A stretch of DNA of 64,000 nucleotides from Deltaproteobacteria bacterium (lineage in GTDB: Bacteria > Myxococcota_A > UBA9042 > PHBI01): contig WYBB01000243.1 of assembly GCA_011526585.1 (NCBI GenBank), positions 16,495 through 80,494 on the forward strand. Reading direction: 5' to 3'. Position 1 is the first letter of the stretch, and every line of letters starts with the position of its first letter. The notes beneath the pieces are model-generated. The model saw only the letters and a program-made list of their open reading frames with translations, had not been told where the DNA came from and did no database searches. This document shows positions 38,282 through 47,992 of the stretch, piece after piece. Made by a program: the position numbers and the translations under genes.

Positions 38282-38737
38282 TCAACGCTCGTCGGGAAAG
38301 ATCAGCTCGCAGTCCACCGCGACCTTCTGCGGCAGGCGGCTGACCTCCAACGAGGGCTCGTGGCAGTCGATGAGGTTCATCGGGTCCGCGCGACGGGCGG
38401 TGACGACCATGATGTTCGCGAACTGGATCGTGCCACTGACGGGTGTGACCATCTCGAACGCCATCCGGAGCGTGCCGCCGGTCGCGGGCAGCTCGCCGTC
38501 GAAGACCACGTGATCGAGGCCACCTTCGTCGTTGTCCTCCTGGAGGAAGAGGTAGACGCGCACGCGCTCGCCGAGCCTGACGAGCTTGTTCTTCGCCATG
38601 TCGTCGAGCTCGACGCTGAGCTCGATGACGTGCCGATCGGCGGCGGTCGGCTCCGGGGCGGCCTGGGTGGCGATGGCGAGAGCGGCGACGAGGCATGCGA
38701 GCATGGCGAGACTCCTCCACGAGCTTTGGATGATCAC
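38282..38737 (-). CDS. Secreted hypothetical protein
   Basis: Signal-like LACLVAALAIATQA; protein-like composition. Confidence 0.55.
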   Translation of the reverse strand: MIIQSSWRSLAMLACLVAALAIATQAAPEPTAADRHVIELSVELDDMAKNKLVRLGERVRVYLFLQEDNDEGGLDHVVFDGELPATGGTLRMAFEMVTPVSGTIQFANIMVVTARRADPMNLIDCHEPSLEVSRLPQKVAVDCELIFPDER

Positions 38738-38862
38738 GCTGACCGTCCGGCGGTGAAGAGTCGCGCGCCGGCGAACCTGACACTTCCAGGTGATGACCGT
38801 GGTCGATTGTCGCGCCCGCTCGTCTTCGCATCCCGCCGCGTCCGCGCTATCAAGACCTTGCG

Positions 38863-40260
38863 ATGTCCGAGACCCCCAGCCTGCTCGAGCGCTTCGGCGA
38901 CCGCCTGAGCCGGATCGCCGCGCGCCTCATCCCCGATCCCTTCCTCATCGCGCTCGCGCTCACGCTCGTCGTCTTCGTCGCCGGCGCCATCCTGCTCGCC
39001 GGCGCCGACACCGGCGCCGCGTCGATCGCCGGCACGCTCGGCGCGGGGTGGTGGTCGGGCTTCGCCGATCCCGGCCTCCTCGGCTTCGCGCTCCAGATGT
39101 GCCTCGTGCTCGTCACCGGCCACGCGCTCGCGACCGCGCCGCCCGTGCGCCGCGCGCTGGGCCACCTCGCCGCCTTGCCCCGGACCGCCGCCCAGGCGAC
39201 CTTCCTCGTCGGCCTCGTCGCCTGCATCGCGGGCGTCCTGCACTGGGGTCTGGCCGCCGTCGTCGGCGCCTTCCTCGCCCGCGAGCTCGCCCGCACCCGC
39301 AACGACCTCCAGCTCCACTACCCGCTGCTCGCCGCCGCGGCCTACGGCGGCATGGTCGTCTGGCACGGCGGCCTCTCCGGCAGCGCCCCGCTCAAGGTCG
39401 CCGAGCCCGCCCACTTCGCCGCCGACGTCATCGGCCAGCTCCCGGTCGACGCCACCCTCGGCTCGACCCTGAACCTCCTCGTCACCGGCGGGCTCGTCGT
39501 CGGGATCCCGCTCCTGTGCGCCGCGCTCGTGCCGCGTGACCCCGCGCGCCGCACCCCGCCGCCCTTCGCGCACGTCGATGAATCGTCATTCATCCCCACC
39601 GCCGCCCGCAGCGCCGATTCCGTCGCCCCGACCTGGCACGAGCGCCTGCTCGCCGGTCGCGCGGCCGGCCGCGTCGTCGGCCTCGCGCTCGTCGCGCTGG
39701 TCGTCGCCAGCCTCGTCGCCGGCGGGATCCAGATCGATCTCAACAGCATCAACCTCACCTTCTTCGCGCTCGGCCTCCTCGCGCACGGCTCGGTCAGCGC
39801 CTGGCTCGACGCCGTCGCCGACGGCGCGCGCGGCGCCGGCGCCATCCTCGTGCAGTTCCCGCTCTACTTCGGGATCCTCGGCGTGCTCAAAGCCTCGGGC
39901 GCGGTCGCCGCGCTCTCGCACGCGCTCGCCTCCCTGGCCACGCCGACCACCTTCCCGGTGCTGTCCTACTGGTCGGCCGGCCTGGTCAACGTCTTCGTGC
40001 CTTCGGGCGGTGGGCAGTGGGCGATCCAGGGCGAGATCCTGCTCAGCGCCGGCCAGACCCTCGGCGTCGATCCGGCGCTGACCGTCATGGCGTTTTCCTA
40101 CGGCGACGCCTCGACCAACCTGCTCCAACCCTTCTGGGCCCTGCCGCTGCTCGCGATCACCGGCGTGCGCGCCAAGGAGATCATGGGCTACACCACCCTC
40201 GTCGCGCTCTTCGTCATGACCTTCGTCTCGCTCGCGCTCTTCCTCTTCGCGGCGAGCTGA
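38863..40260 (+). CDS. atoE: Short-chain fatty acid transporter (AtoE family)
   Basis: IPDPF, FALQMCLVLVTG, WHGGLSGSAPL, FVPSGGGQW, NLLQPFWALP. Confidence 0.93.
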   Translation: MSETPSLLERFGDRLSRIAARLIPDPFLIALALTLVVFVAGAILLAGADTGAASIAGTLGAGWWSGFADPGLLGFALQMCLVLVTGHALATAPPVRRALGHLAALPRTAAQATFLVGLVACIAGVLHWGLAAVVGAFLARELARTRNDLQLHYPLLAAAAYGGMVVWHGGLSGSAPLKVAEPAHFAADVIGQLPVDATLGSTLNLLVTGGLVVGIPLLCAALVPRDPARRTPPPFAHVDESSFIPTAARSADSVAPTWHERLLAGRAAGRVVGLALVALVVASLVAGGIQIDLNSINLTFFALGLLAHGSVSAWLDAVADGARGAGAILVQFPLYFGILGVLKASGAVAALSHALASLATPTTFPVLSYWSAGLVNVFVPSGGGQWAIQGEILLSAGQTLGVDPALTVMAFSYGDASTNLLQPFWALPLLAITGVRAKEIMGYTTLVALFVMTFVSLALFLFAAS

Positions 40261-40407
40261 CCGCGCGCCCATGTCGGGCCCATGCGTCATCACCGCCTGC
40301 CCGGCCGCCGCGCGTCGGGCGCGACAAGATGCCGCATCCCCGACGCTCACCGATCGTGCGCATCATGCTCCTCGCGGCGTGCGCGCCGCCCACCCGAGGA
40401 GCCCGCG

Positions 40408-41259
40408 ATGACCTCTCCGATCCGCCTCGTGATCCCCCTGCGCCTCTCGGCGCTCATGCTCGGCGCGCTCGCCGTTGCCGCCTGCGATGACGCCGCCGAG
40501 CCAGGCCCCACCGGTGAGACGCCCGAGCTCGTCTCGCTCGGCCTCCAGGCGAGCGACACGCTCGAGGTCGAGCTGCTCGCCGAGGACGCGCCCGCCGTCG
40601 GCCTGAACCGCGTCTACTATCGGCTGACGCGCGCGGGCGGCGAAGCGGTGACCGCCGCCACGCTCACCCAGACCCCGATCATGCACATGCAGGCCATGGG
40701 CAAGGAGCATGGCTGCCCGGTCGAGCAACCCCCCGCGCAAGCCGACGCCGACGGCCTCTTCCCGGCGATCATCGTCTTCCAGATGGCCAGCGGCGAGCCC
40801 GGCAGCGGTGACGCCTGGCGCGTCGAGCTCGCGGTCGATCTCGGCGAAGGCGCGCCGAGCGAGACCTTCGTCTTCGCCGATCTGCCGGTCGCCGCCTCCG
40901 ACGCGCGCCGCGACCTGGCGCTGACCGATCCGATGGGCAGCCCCAGCGCCGCCGTCGTCACCCTGCACTTCGACCAGCCTCCGCGCGTCGGCCTCAACAC
41001 CTTCACCGTGACCATGCACCACAAGACCGACATGCACGGCATGAGCTGGATGCCCGACGACGACTGCGCGATCACCGTCACCCCCGACATGCCGTCGATG
41101 GGCCACGGCTCGACCCACAACGTCGACCCGGTGCACGTGGGCAACGGTCGCTACGAGGGCACGGTCAACTTCACCATGCCCGGCCTCTGGCGCGTCGTCT
41201 TCGACTTCTCGCGCGACGGCGCACCGCTCGGCGCGGTCGAGTACACGGTCGCGCTCTGA
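40408..41259 (+). CDS. YtkA/FixH-like lipoprotein, Met/His-rich
   Basis: AVAAC lipobox; PIMHMQAMGKEHGCP; PDMPSMGHG; VNFTMPGLW. Confidence 0.8.
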   Translation: MTSPIRLVIPLRLSALMLGALAVAACDDAAEPGPTGETPELVSLGLQASDTLEVELLAEDAPAVGLNRVYYRLTRAGGEAVTAATLTQTPIMHMQAMGKEHGCPVEQPPAQADADGLFPAIIVFQMASGEPGSGDAWRVELAVDLGEGAPSETFVFADLPVAASDARRDLALTDPMGSPSAAVVTLHFDQPPRVGLNTFTVTMHHKTDMHGMSWMPDDDCAITVTPDMPSMGHGSTHNVDPVHVGNGRYEGTVNFTMPGLWRVVFDFSRDGAPLGAVEYTVAL

Positions 41260-41393
41260 CCTCATCGACGAGCGGCCCGCGGCCGTGCGTCGCTGCCGCG
41301 CGCCGACGCCTCGTGTCGACACGCGGTCAGTCCGCCACCCTCGACCGTCGCCCGCCCGGACCCTGGCCGAGCTTCGTGAAGGCCGGTCGGCGG

Positions 41394-41429
41394 CTGTCGC
41401 CCGCGGTCCAGACTCTGTCGTTCGCGGTC
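41394..41429 (+). promoter_or_regulatory. Tandem direct repeat, putative AraC-family binding site
   Basis: CTGTCGcccGCGGTC (41394) and CTGTCGttcGCGGTC (41415), 21-bp period, upstream of the gene that precedes an AraC regulator. Confidence 0.6.
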
Positions 41430-41507
41430 AAGCCCGGTCAGGCGCGACCGCCTACCTTCCGCTCATCACCGCTCGGTCTCGCCCGAGCCGTGCACGACGG
41501 AGGTCTC

Positions 41508-43010
41508 ATGTTCACGCGTCTCGATCGTCACCCCTGGCTCTGGCTCCTCCTCGGCATGGTGCTCGTCCCCGCTGCGCACCTGCGCGGCGGGATCGGGCTC
41601 CTCGGCTGGATCGCCCCCGTCCCCTTCCTGCGCTACCTGCGCCTCAGGCGCGGGCTCCGCGCCCGGCTCCTGCTCTTCGCCGCGCTCGCCGGCGCCTGGT
41701 CGCTCGCGTTCCTCAAGATCGCCGACCCGTTCCCGGTGGCCGCGATCCCGATCTGGGGCATCGGGCTCGCGCTCTTCCAGTTCCTGCCCTACCTCGCGCA
41801 CGACACGCTCGCCAGGCGGCTCAGCCCGGGGTTCGCCACGCTCGTCTTCCCGGCCGGCCTGGCGATCGCCGAGTGGATCCAGCACGCGCTGACCCCGTTC
41901 GGGAGCTGGGCGGCGACCGCCTACACGCAGCTCGACGACCTGCCGCTGCTCCAGCTCCTCTCGGTCACCGGCATGGCGGGCGTGGCCTTCCTCGTCGGGT
42001 GGGTCTCGTCGATCGCCGACGCCATGCTCGCCGACCCACGCGCGCTCCAGCGCACCGCCATCATCGCGATCGTCACGCTCGTCGCCGTGCACGTCGGGGG
42101 CGGCGCGCGCCTCGCCGCGACCTCCGGCTCCACGCGGCCGACGACCCTGGTCGCCGCCGTGCACACGGACGCGACGACGGCGGGCCTGCCGATGCCCGAG
42201 CTCGCGGAGACGGCGGCGTGGGACCGCGCCCTGGCCGCGCGCACCGAGCGGGCGGCGGCCGCGGGCGCCAGGCTCGTCGTCTGGCCGGAGGTCGCGACCC
42301 TGGTGCGCCCGGAGCACGAGGCGCGCTGGGTGCATGACGTCGCGGCGCTCGCGGCGCGGGCCGACGTCGACGTGGTCGCCGGCTACCTCGTGCCGCTCTC
42401 GCTCGAGCCCGTGCGCTACGAGAACAAGTACGTCTTCGCGCGCGCCGACGGGACCATCGACCACACCTATCACAAGCACCACCCCGTGCCGGGCGAGCCG
42501 GCCGAGCCCGGCGCGGGCGCGCCGCAGCCGATCGCGACCGCCTACGGGACCGTGTCGGGCGCGATCTGCTACGACTACGACTTCCCAAGCTCGGGCCGCG
42601 CGCGCGCCGGGGTCGATATCGTCGCCTTGCCCTCGTCGGACTGGCGCGCGATCGATCCGATCCACACCCACATGGCGGCGATGCGCGCCATCGAGAGCGG
42701 CCATTCGATCGTGCGCTCCACGCGCTTCGGTCTGTCGGCGGGCATCGACCCGGAGGGTCGGCTGCGCGGCTCGCTCAGCCACTTCGATCGCGCCAACGAC
42801 GGCGATCCGGCGGACGGCATCTTGCTCGTGTCGCTGCCGCGGCGCGGCACGACGACGCTCTACGCCATGCTCGGCGAGTGGTTCGTCGCGCTGCTGGCGG
42901 CAGGCCTGGGCACCGCGGTCGCGACGCTGGTCCGGCGCCGCGTCGCCCGGAGGCGCAACATCGGGCCGCGCGATGCCACGCGCGCGGGGGCGACGGCGCC
43001 CACGTCATGA
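41508..43010 (+). CDS. Membrane carbon-nitrogen hydrolase, apolipoprotein N-acyltransferase-like
   Basis: Multi-TM N-terminus; nitrilase triad VWPE, YHKHHPVP, AICYD; GGAGG RBS. Confidence 0.85.
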   Translation: MFTRLDRHPWLWLLLGMVLVPAAHLRGGIGLLGWIAPVPFLRYLRLRRGLRARLLLFAALAGAWSLAFLKIADPFPVAAIPIWGIGLALFQFLPYLAHDTLARRLSPGFATLVFPAGLAIAEWIQHALTPFGSWAATAYTQLDDLPLLQLLSVTGMAGVAFLVGWVSSIADAMLADPRALQRTAIIAIVTLVAVHVGGGARLAATSGSTRPTTLVAAVHTDATTAGLPMPELAETAAWDRALAARTERAAAAGARLVVWPEVATLVRPEHEARWVHDVAALAARADVDVVAGYLVPLSLEPVRYENKYVFARADGTIDHTYHKHHPVPGEPAEPGAGAPQPIATAYGTVSGAICYDYDFPSSGRARAGVDIVALPSSDWRAIDPIHTHMAAMRAIESGHSIVRSTRFGLSAGIDPEGRLRGSLSHFDRANDGDPADGILLVSLPRRGTTTLYAMLGEWFVALLAAGLGTAVATLVRRRVARRRNIGPRDATRAGATAPTS

Positions 43011-43027
43011 GGTAGCATCGCGGCCCG

Positions 43028-44029
43028 ATGGGTACGACGGTCCTGTCGGTCGCAACGCGAGCGGTGCTCGAGGCGTGTGAGCGCCTCGGGCTCGACGGCG
43101 ACGCCCTGCTCGTGAGCGCGCGCCTCACGCGCGCCGACCTCGCCGATCCGGACGCTCGCATCCCTTGTGAGAAGGCCGATCAGCTCTGGGCGGCCGCCGC
43201 GGCTCGCAGCGGCAACCCGATGCTCGCGCTGGACGCGGCGCTCGCGCTGCCGCTCGGCGCCTATCGTGTGCTCCACTACATCGGGGCGCACGCCCCGACG
43301 CTCGGCGCCGCGCTCGAGCGCGTGGTCCGCTACTTCCCGCTGATCGACGCGCGCGTCGCCTGGCAGGTCGTCGACGAAGACCGCGAGGTCGCGCTGGTCA
43401 TGGCGATCCCGGGCCTGGCGTCGGGCGTGCCGCGGGCGCCGGCCGAGTACACCTTTGCCGCCATCGTGCAGCAGACGCGCGCGTCGACCGGGATCCCCTG
43501 GTCGCCGCGGCGCGTCGAGTTCGAGCACCTTGCGCCACCCGAGGTGGCCGCGCGCCACCGGCGAGCCTTCGGCGCGCCGTGTGCGTACGGGGCCGAGCGC
43601 ACGGCGTTGCTCATCGACACGCAGACCTGGGCACGCCCGGTGGCGCGTGCCGATCCGTCGCTGCTCGCGCTGCTCGACCAGCACGCGGGTACGCTCGTCG
43701 CCAGCGTGCCGCATGAGGCCGGCCTGGTCGCACGCCTCCGCGCCTGGCTCGCCGAGCGCATGCAAGCCGGCGATGCGATCGACATCGCGCAGGCGGCGCG
43801 CGCGCTCGGGTTGGGGACGCGCACGCTCCAGCGCCGCCTCGACGAAGATGGCACGAAGTTCGCGACCGTGGTCGACGAGGTGCGCGCCGAGACGGCGCGC
43901 TCGCTGCTCGCCGATCGCACGATCGCGCTCAGCGAGATCGCCTTCCTGCTCGGCTTCTCCGAACAGAGCGCGTTCACGCGCGCGTTCAAGCGCTGGACCG
44001 GCAGCACGCCCGCGGCGGCGCGCGGCTGA
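43028..44029 (+). CDS. AraC-family regulator (Arabinose_bd_2-type N-domain)
   Basis: RTLQRRL and IAFLLGFSEQSAFTRAFKRWTG. Confidence 0.93.
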   Translation: MGTTVLSVATRAVLEACERLGLDGDALLVSARLTRADLADPDARIPCEKADQLWAAAAARSGNPMLALDAALALPLGAYRVLHYIGAHAPTLGAALERVVRYFPLIDARVAWQVVDEDREVALVMAIPGLASGVPRAPAEYTFAAIVQQTRASTGIPWSPRRVEFEHLAPPEVAARHRRAFGAPCAYGAERTALLIDTQTWARPVARADPSLLALLDQHAGTLVASVPHEAGLVARLRAWLAERMQAGDAIDIAQAARALGLGTRTLQRRLDEDGTKFATVVDEVRAETARSLLADRTIALSEIAFLLGFSEQSAFTRAFKRWTGSTPAAARG

Positions 44030-44052
44030 GCGAGGTCAGCGCGTGCCCGCGA

Positions 44053-45498
44053 TCAGACGAAGCGGCCGAAGAGCGTGTTGGCCTTGACCTCGACGATCTC
44101 GACCCGCGCCAGCTTGCCGACCCAGCGCTTGTTCCAGAAGTCGCCGAACGGGACCGGCACGTTGACGATCAGGTTCGTGCGCGTGCGGCCCATCATCTGG
44201 AAGCCGCCGCCGCCCTGGCCGGCGGTCCCGCGCGCGGCGCGCTGGGACGGGCCCTCGACCAGGATCTCGACGACCTGGCCGTGCATCGCCTGCATCTTGT
44301 CGCGGGTGATCGCGTCCTGCACGGCGAGCACCCGGGAGAGGCGCGCCTTCTTGACCGCCTCGGGCACGTTGTCGCCGAGCTTCTCGGCGCGCGTGCCGGG
44401 GCGCTCGCTGTACTTGAAGGCGAAGATCGAGTCGTAGCGCACCTCTTCGAGCAGGCGCAGCGTGTCCTCGAACTCGGCGTCGGTCTCGCCGGGGAAGCCG
44501 ACGATGATGTCGGTCGACAGCGCAATCTCCGGGCAGCGCGCGCGCAGCTTGTGCACCTTGTCGCGATAGTCGGCGACGGTGTAGAAGCGGCGCATCTCGT
44601 CGAGGATGCGATCGTTGCCCGCCTGCACCGGCAGGTGGAAGAACTCGCACAGGGTCCGCAGGCGCCCGAAGAGGTCGATCAGATCGTCGATCGCGTCCAT
44701 CGGGTGCGAGGTGGTGAAGCGCAGGCGCTCGAGCCCGGGCACGGCGTCGACGGCGGTGAGCAGCTCGGAAAACGTCGGCACCCGGCTCGCGAGCGGACCG
44801 GCGCCCTCCTGCAGGTCCTTGCCGTAGGAGTTGACGTTCTGGCCGAGCAGCGTCACCTCGCGCGCGCCGGCGGCGACGAGGCGCTCGACCTCGCGCACGA
44901 CCATCTCGCGCGGCTTGGAGACCTCGCGCCCGCGCGTGAAGGGCACGATGCAGTAGCTGCAGACCCTGTCGCAGCCCTTCATGATCGTGACGAACTCGCT
45001 TACGCGCGTCTCGTCGCGCGGCTCGGCCTCGACGAAGCGGAAGTCCTTGCGCTTGTAGAACTCGGTCTCGGCGATGCGCCGCTCGCCGCGCTGCATGCGC
45101 TCGAGCAGGGTCGGCAGCTCGCCGATGTGGTCGGGTCCCATCACCAGGTCGAGGTAGGGCACCTTGTCGAGGAGCGCCGCGCCCTCCTGCTGGGCGACGC
45201 AGCCGGCGACGCCGAGCACGAGCTCATCGTTGTGCTCCTTGAGGGGTCGCAGGCGCCCGAGCTGCGAGAGCATCTTCTGCTCGGCCTTGTCGCGCACCGA
45301 GCAGGTGTTGAGCAGGATGAGCTGCGCCTGCGCCGGGTCGTCGGTCGGCGCCCAGCCGTGCGGCGCCAGCACCTGCATGATCCGATCGGTGTCGTTGACG
45401 TTCATCTGGCAGCCGAAGGTCTGCACGTGCACGAAGCGTGTCGCCCCCGGCGCCGTGCTCACTCCGTTTTCGCTCTGCTTCAGCTCGACCGCGACCAC
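44053..45498 (-). CDS. miaB: tRNA-2-methylthio-N6-dimethylallyladenosine synthase
   Basis: TFGCQMN, NTCSVR, GCVAQ, radical SAM CDRVCSYC, FTTSHP, STDIIVGFPGET, C-terminal TRAM domain. Confidence 0.97.
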   Translation of the reverse strand: MVAVELKQSENGVSTAPGATRFVHVQTFGCQMNVNDTDRIMQVLAPHGWAPTDDPAQAQLILLNTCSVRDKAEQKMLSQLGRLRPLKEHNDELVLGVAGCVAQQEGAALLDKVPYLDLVMGPDHIGELPTLLERMQRGERRIAETEFYKRKDFRFVEAEPRDETRVSEFVTIMKGCDRVCSYCIVPFTRGREVSKPREMVVREVERLVAAGAREVTLLGQNVNSYGKDLQEGAGPLASRVPTFSELLTAVDAVPGLERLRFTTSHPMDAIDDLIDLFGRLRTLCEFFHLPVQAGNDRILDEMRRFYTVADYRDKVHKLRARCPEIALSTDIIVGFPGETDAEFEDTLRLLEEVRYDSIFAFKYSERPGTRAEKLGDNVPEAVKKARLSRVLAVQDAITRDKMQAMHGQVVEILVEGPSQRAARGTAGQGGGGFQMMGRTRTNLIVNVPVPFGDFWNKRWVGKLARVEIVEVKANTLFGRFV

Positions 45499-45586
45499 CG
45501 CGCCCTCCGCTCTCGGACGACAAGAGCGCGCGACCTAACAAGCCGATCCCGGGAGGTCAAGGATCGGCCGACGGGCCGACGCGCGC

Positions 45587-47443
45587 TCAGCCGACCTCGT
45601 CGCAGGTGACGATCACGTCGAGGGTCTCGGCGCCGCCGCCGACGAAGATCGTGCCCGAGGTCGGGGTGGCGTCCATGTAGTTGCGCCCGACCGCGACGCG
45701 CACGTGGTCGGTCTGGGTCAGGACACCGTTGGTCGGGTCGAAGCCCTTCCAGCCGAGCTCGGGCAGGTAGACCTGCGCCCAGGCGTGGGTCGCTTCGGCC
45801 ATGGCACGGTTTTCGTGCTTGGGTCCGGTGTAGAGGTAGCCGCAGACGTAGCGCGCCGGGATGCCGAGCAGGCGCGCCAAGCATATGAAAAGATTTGTGA
45901 AATCCTGACAGACGCCGCGGCGGTTGCTGTAGGTGTCGAAGGCGGTGGTCAGGACCGTGGTGCTGCCCTGCTGGTAGGCATAGTCGCGATAGATCGACTG
46001 GTTCATGTCGATGAGCGAGTCGACGAGGTCGTAGTCGTTACGCTCGACGAAGGACATCGCGTACTCGTGCAGCTCGACGAGCTGGCTCTCGGGCAGCTCG
46101 GGCGGCAAGAGGTAGGGCTGCAGCATGTGGCGCTGCCACGGCATCCAGTTGAGCGGGATGGTCGTGCGCGCGTGCAGCGGGCGGAACTCGAAGGGGTCTG
46201 TGTCGAGCGCGACGACCAGCGAGTGCGCCTCGATCGTCATCTCGGAAAAGGGCGTGTCGATGACGAGGCGGCGCGCGCGGTTGCCGAAGACGTCGGTGTA
46301 GTCGCGCCACTTGCCCTCGACCGAGACGCGCAGGTCGTGGCGCGCGAGGCGCTGGAGCTTGTCGCTCACCGGCTCGAAGCGCAATAGATGCGTCGAGCGC
46401 TCGACCGGCTTGTCGTAGCGGTAGGTCGTGCGGTGCAGGACCTCCAGGCGCCGTGGCGGCGCGGTGCGCGGGCGCTGGGGCATCGCGCGCCCGAAGCGCG
46501 GGATCGGCAGCGGCGCGGGAGCGGGCGTCGGTGCGGGCGCGGGCGTGGCGCCGGACGGGGGTTGGGGTCGGGCCGGCTCGATGCGCGGAGAGTCGGGACG
46601 GGGAGCGGGAGGCGGAGCAGCTGGGGGAGGGGAGACGGTGCGGGCGATGGGGGGGACCTCGGCGACGATGGCGCCCTGGCGCACGACGAGCAGCGAGCCG
46701 GGCTCGAGGCTGCGCCAGGTTGCCTGGAGCTCGCACTCGCTCTCGAGGATCCCGGTCGCGATCACCACGCCCTTACGCGCCTTGGCGCCGCGCCGGGTGA
46801 GATCGACGGCGATCTCATCGTCGCCGAAGACCACCTCTTCGTAGGGCGGCTTGATCTCCCAGACCCAGCACGGCTGGGCGCCCTGGGCGTCGGTGTAGAC
46901 GATGAGGTCGCTGCCGTCCGACAGGCCACAGGTCAGGGTGCCGAGCTCGTCGAGCGGCGCGAGCCACGACTGCAGCGTGTGCGGGTCGACCTCGCGCAGG
47001 CTCTTCCAGCGGCGCTCGGCGAGGTTGCTCAGGACGTGGCAGAAGACGAGCTCGGTGTCGGTCGAGCCGACCGGCTCGAAGAGGGCGTCGGCCGCGAGCT
47101 CGGGGCGGCGCTCGAGGCTGCCGGCGTGGATGAAGAGCCAGTCGCGCTTGCCCCACGAGCGCAGAAACGGCTGGGTGTTGGCGTCGACGATGCTGCCCCA
47201 GCGCGCCGAGCGGATGTGCAGCATGCACAAGGACGACTCGAGGTGCTCCCAGGCGCGTACGAGCTGGCTCTTGTGCGACTGGTTGGCGGGCGCCGGCTCC
47301 TTGAGCACGGTCGCCGCCGGATCATGGCCGGGGTAGAAGCCGATCCCCCAACCGTCGGGCGGCGTGCGGCCCGGGTGCAGACAGCGCATGTCGAAGCTCG
47401 GGGACAGCGCCCCTTCGAAAGACATCGCGAGGAAGCTCGGCAT
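45587..47443 (-). CDS. Class II glutamine amidotransferase-like (YafJ/EgtC) domain fused to transglutaminase-like protein
   Basis: N-terminal DGWGIGFY, HIRSA, NTQPF, GSTDTE; Pro-rich linker; HRTTYRY (Bact_transglu_N); triad GVCQDF, THAW, FDPTN. Confidence 0.9.
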   Translation of the reverse strand: MPSFLAMSFEGALSPSFDMRCLHPGRTPPDGWGIGFYPGHDPAATVLKEPAPANQSHKSQLVRAWEHLESSLCMLHIRSARWGSIVDANTQPFLRSWGKRDWLFIHAGSLERRPELAADALFEPVGSTDTELVFCHVLSNLAERRWKSLREVDPHTLQSWLAPLDELGTLTCGLSDGSDLIVYTDAQGAQPCWVWEIKPPYEEVVFGDDEIAVDLTRRGAKARKGVVIATGILESECELQATWRSLEPGSLLVVRQGAIVAEVPPIARTVSPPPAAPPPAPRPDSPRIEPARPQPPSGATPAPAPTPAPAPLPIPRFGRAMPQRPRTAPPRRLEVLHRTTYRYDKPVERSTHLLRFEPVSDKLQRLARHDLRVSVEGKWRDYTDVFGNRARRLVIDTPFSEMTIEAHSLVVALDTDPFEFRPLHARTTIPLNWMPWQRHMLQPYLLPPELPESQLVELHEYAMSFVERNDYDLVDSLIDMNQSIYRDYAYQQGSTTVLTTAFDTYSNRRGVCQDFTNLFICLARLLGIPARYVCGYLYTGPKHENRAMAEATHAWAQVYLPELGWKGFDPTNGVLTQTDHVRVAVGRNYMDATPTSGTIFVGGGAETLDVIVTCDEVG

Positions 47444-47574
47444 GTTCTTGGCGCGACTCCTGAGCCCGTCGCGCCCACCGCGACGCGCGGGCGCCGATGG
47501 TGGCGACAAACGCCGCCCGTGTCCAATCTTGCGTTCGGGTTGCGGCACCCGGATGAAACGGCGTAGGAGGTGTC

Positions 47575-47964
47575 ATGGCCGACGCCTCCCAGCTCTGCCT
47601 CGCGTGCGGCCTGTGTTGTTCGGGCGCGCTCTTCGACATGGTGCGTGTGACGCACGCCGAGGTGCCGCGCCTGACGAAGCTCGGCCTGCCGGTGATGTTC
47701 AAGGACGAGCACGGGGCGGCCATGCTGCACCCGTGCCCCGCGCTCGACGACACCGCCTGCACGATCTACGAGCACCGCCCGGCGCGCTGCTTCTGGTATC
47801 GCTGCTATCTCCTCGAGGCGCTCTACTCCGACGAGGTCTCGATCGACGAGGCGCTCAAGGTCGTCGCGCTCGCCAAGGAGCTCGAGGGCCCGCAGCGCCA
47901 GCAATTCCTCGAGTACCACTTCCTCGGTCGCTCGGTGCGGCGCGACCGCAAGCGCACACTCTGA
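47575..47964 (+). CDS. YkgJ-family CxxCxxCC Zn/Fe-S protein
   Basis: LCLACGLCC, PCPAL, CTIYEHRPARC; AGGAGG RBS. Confidence 0.88.
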   Translation: MADASQLCLACGLCCSGALFDMVRVTHAEVPRLTKLGLPVMFKDEHGAAMLHPCPALDDTACTIYEHRPARCFWYRCYLLEALYSDEVSIDEALKVVALAKELEGPQRQQFLEYHFLGRSVRRDRKRTL

Positions 47965-47992
47965 GCAGGGCGTCGCGCGTCGCCGACGTCGA

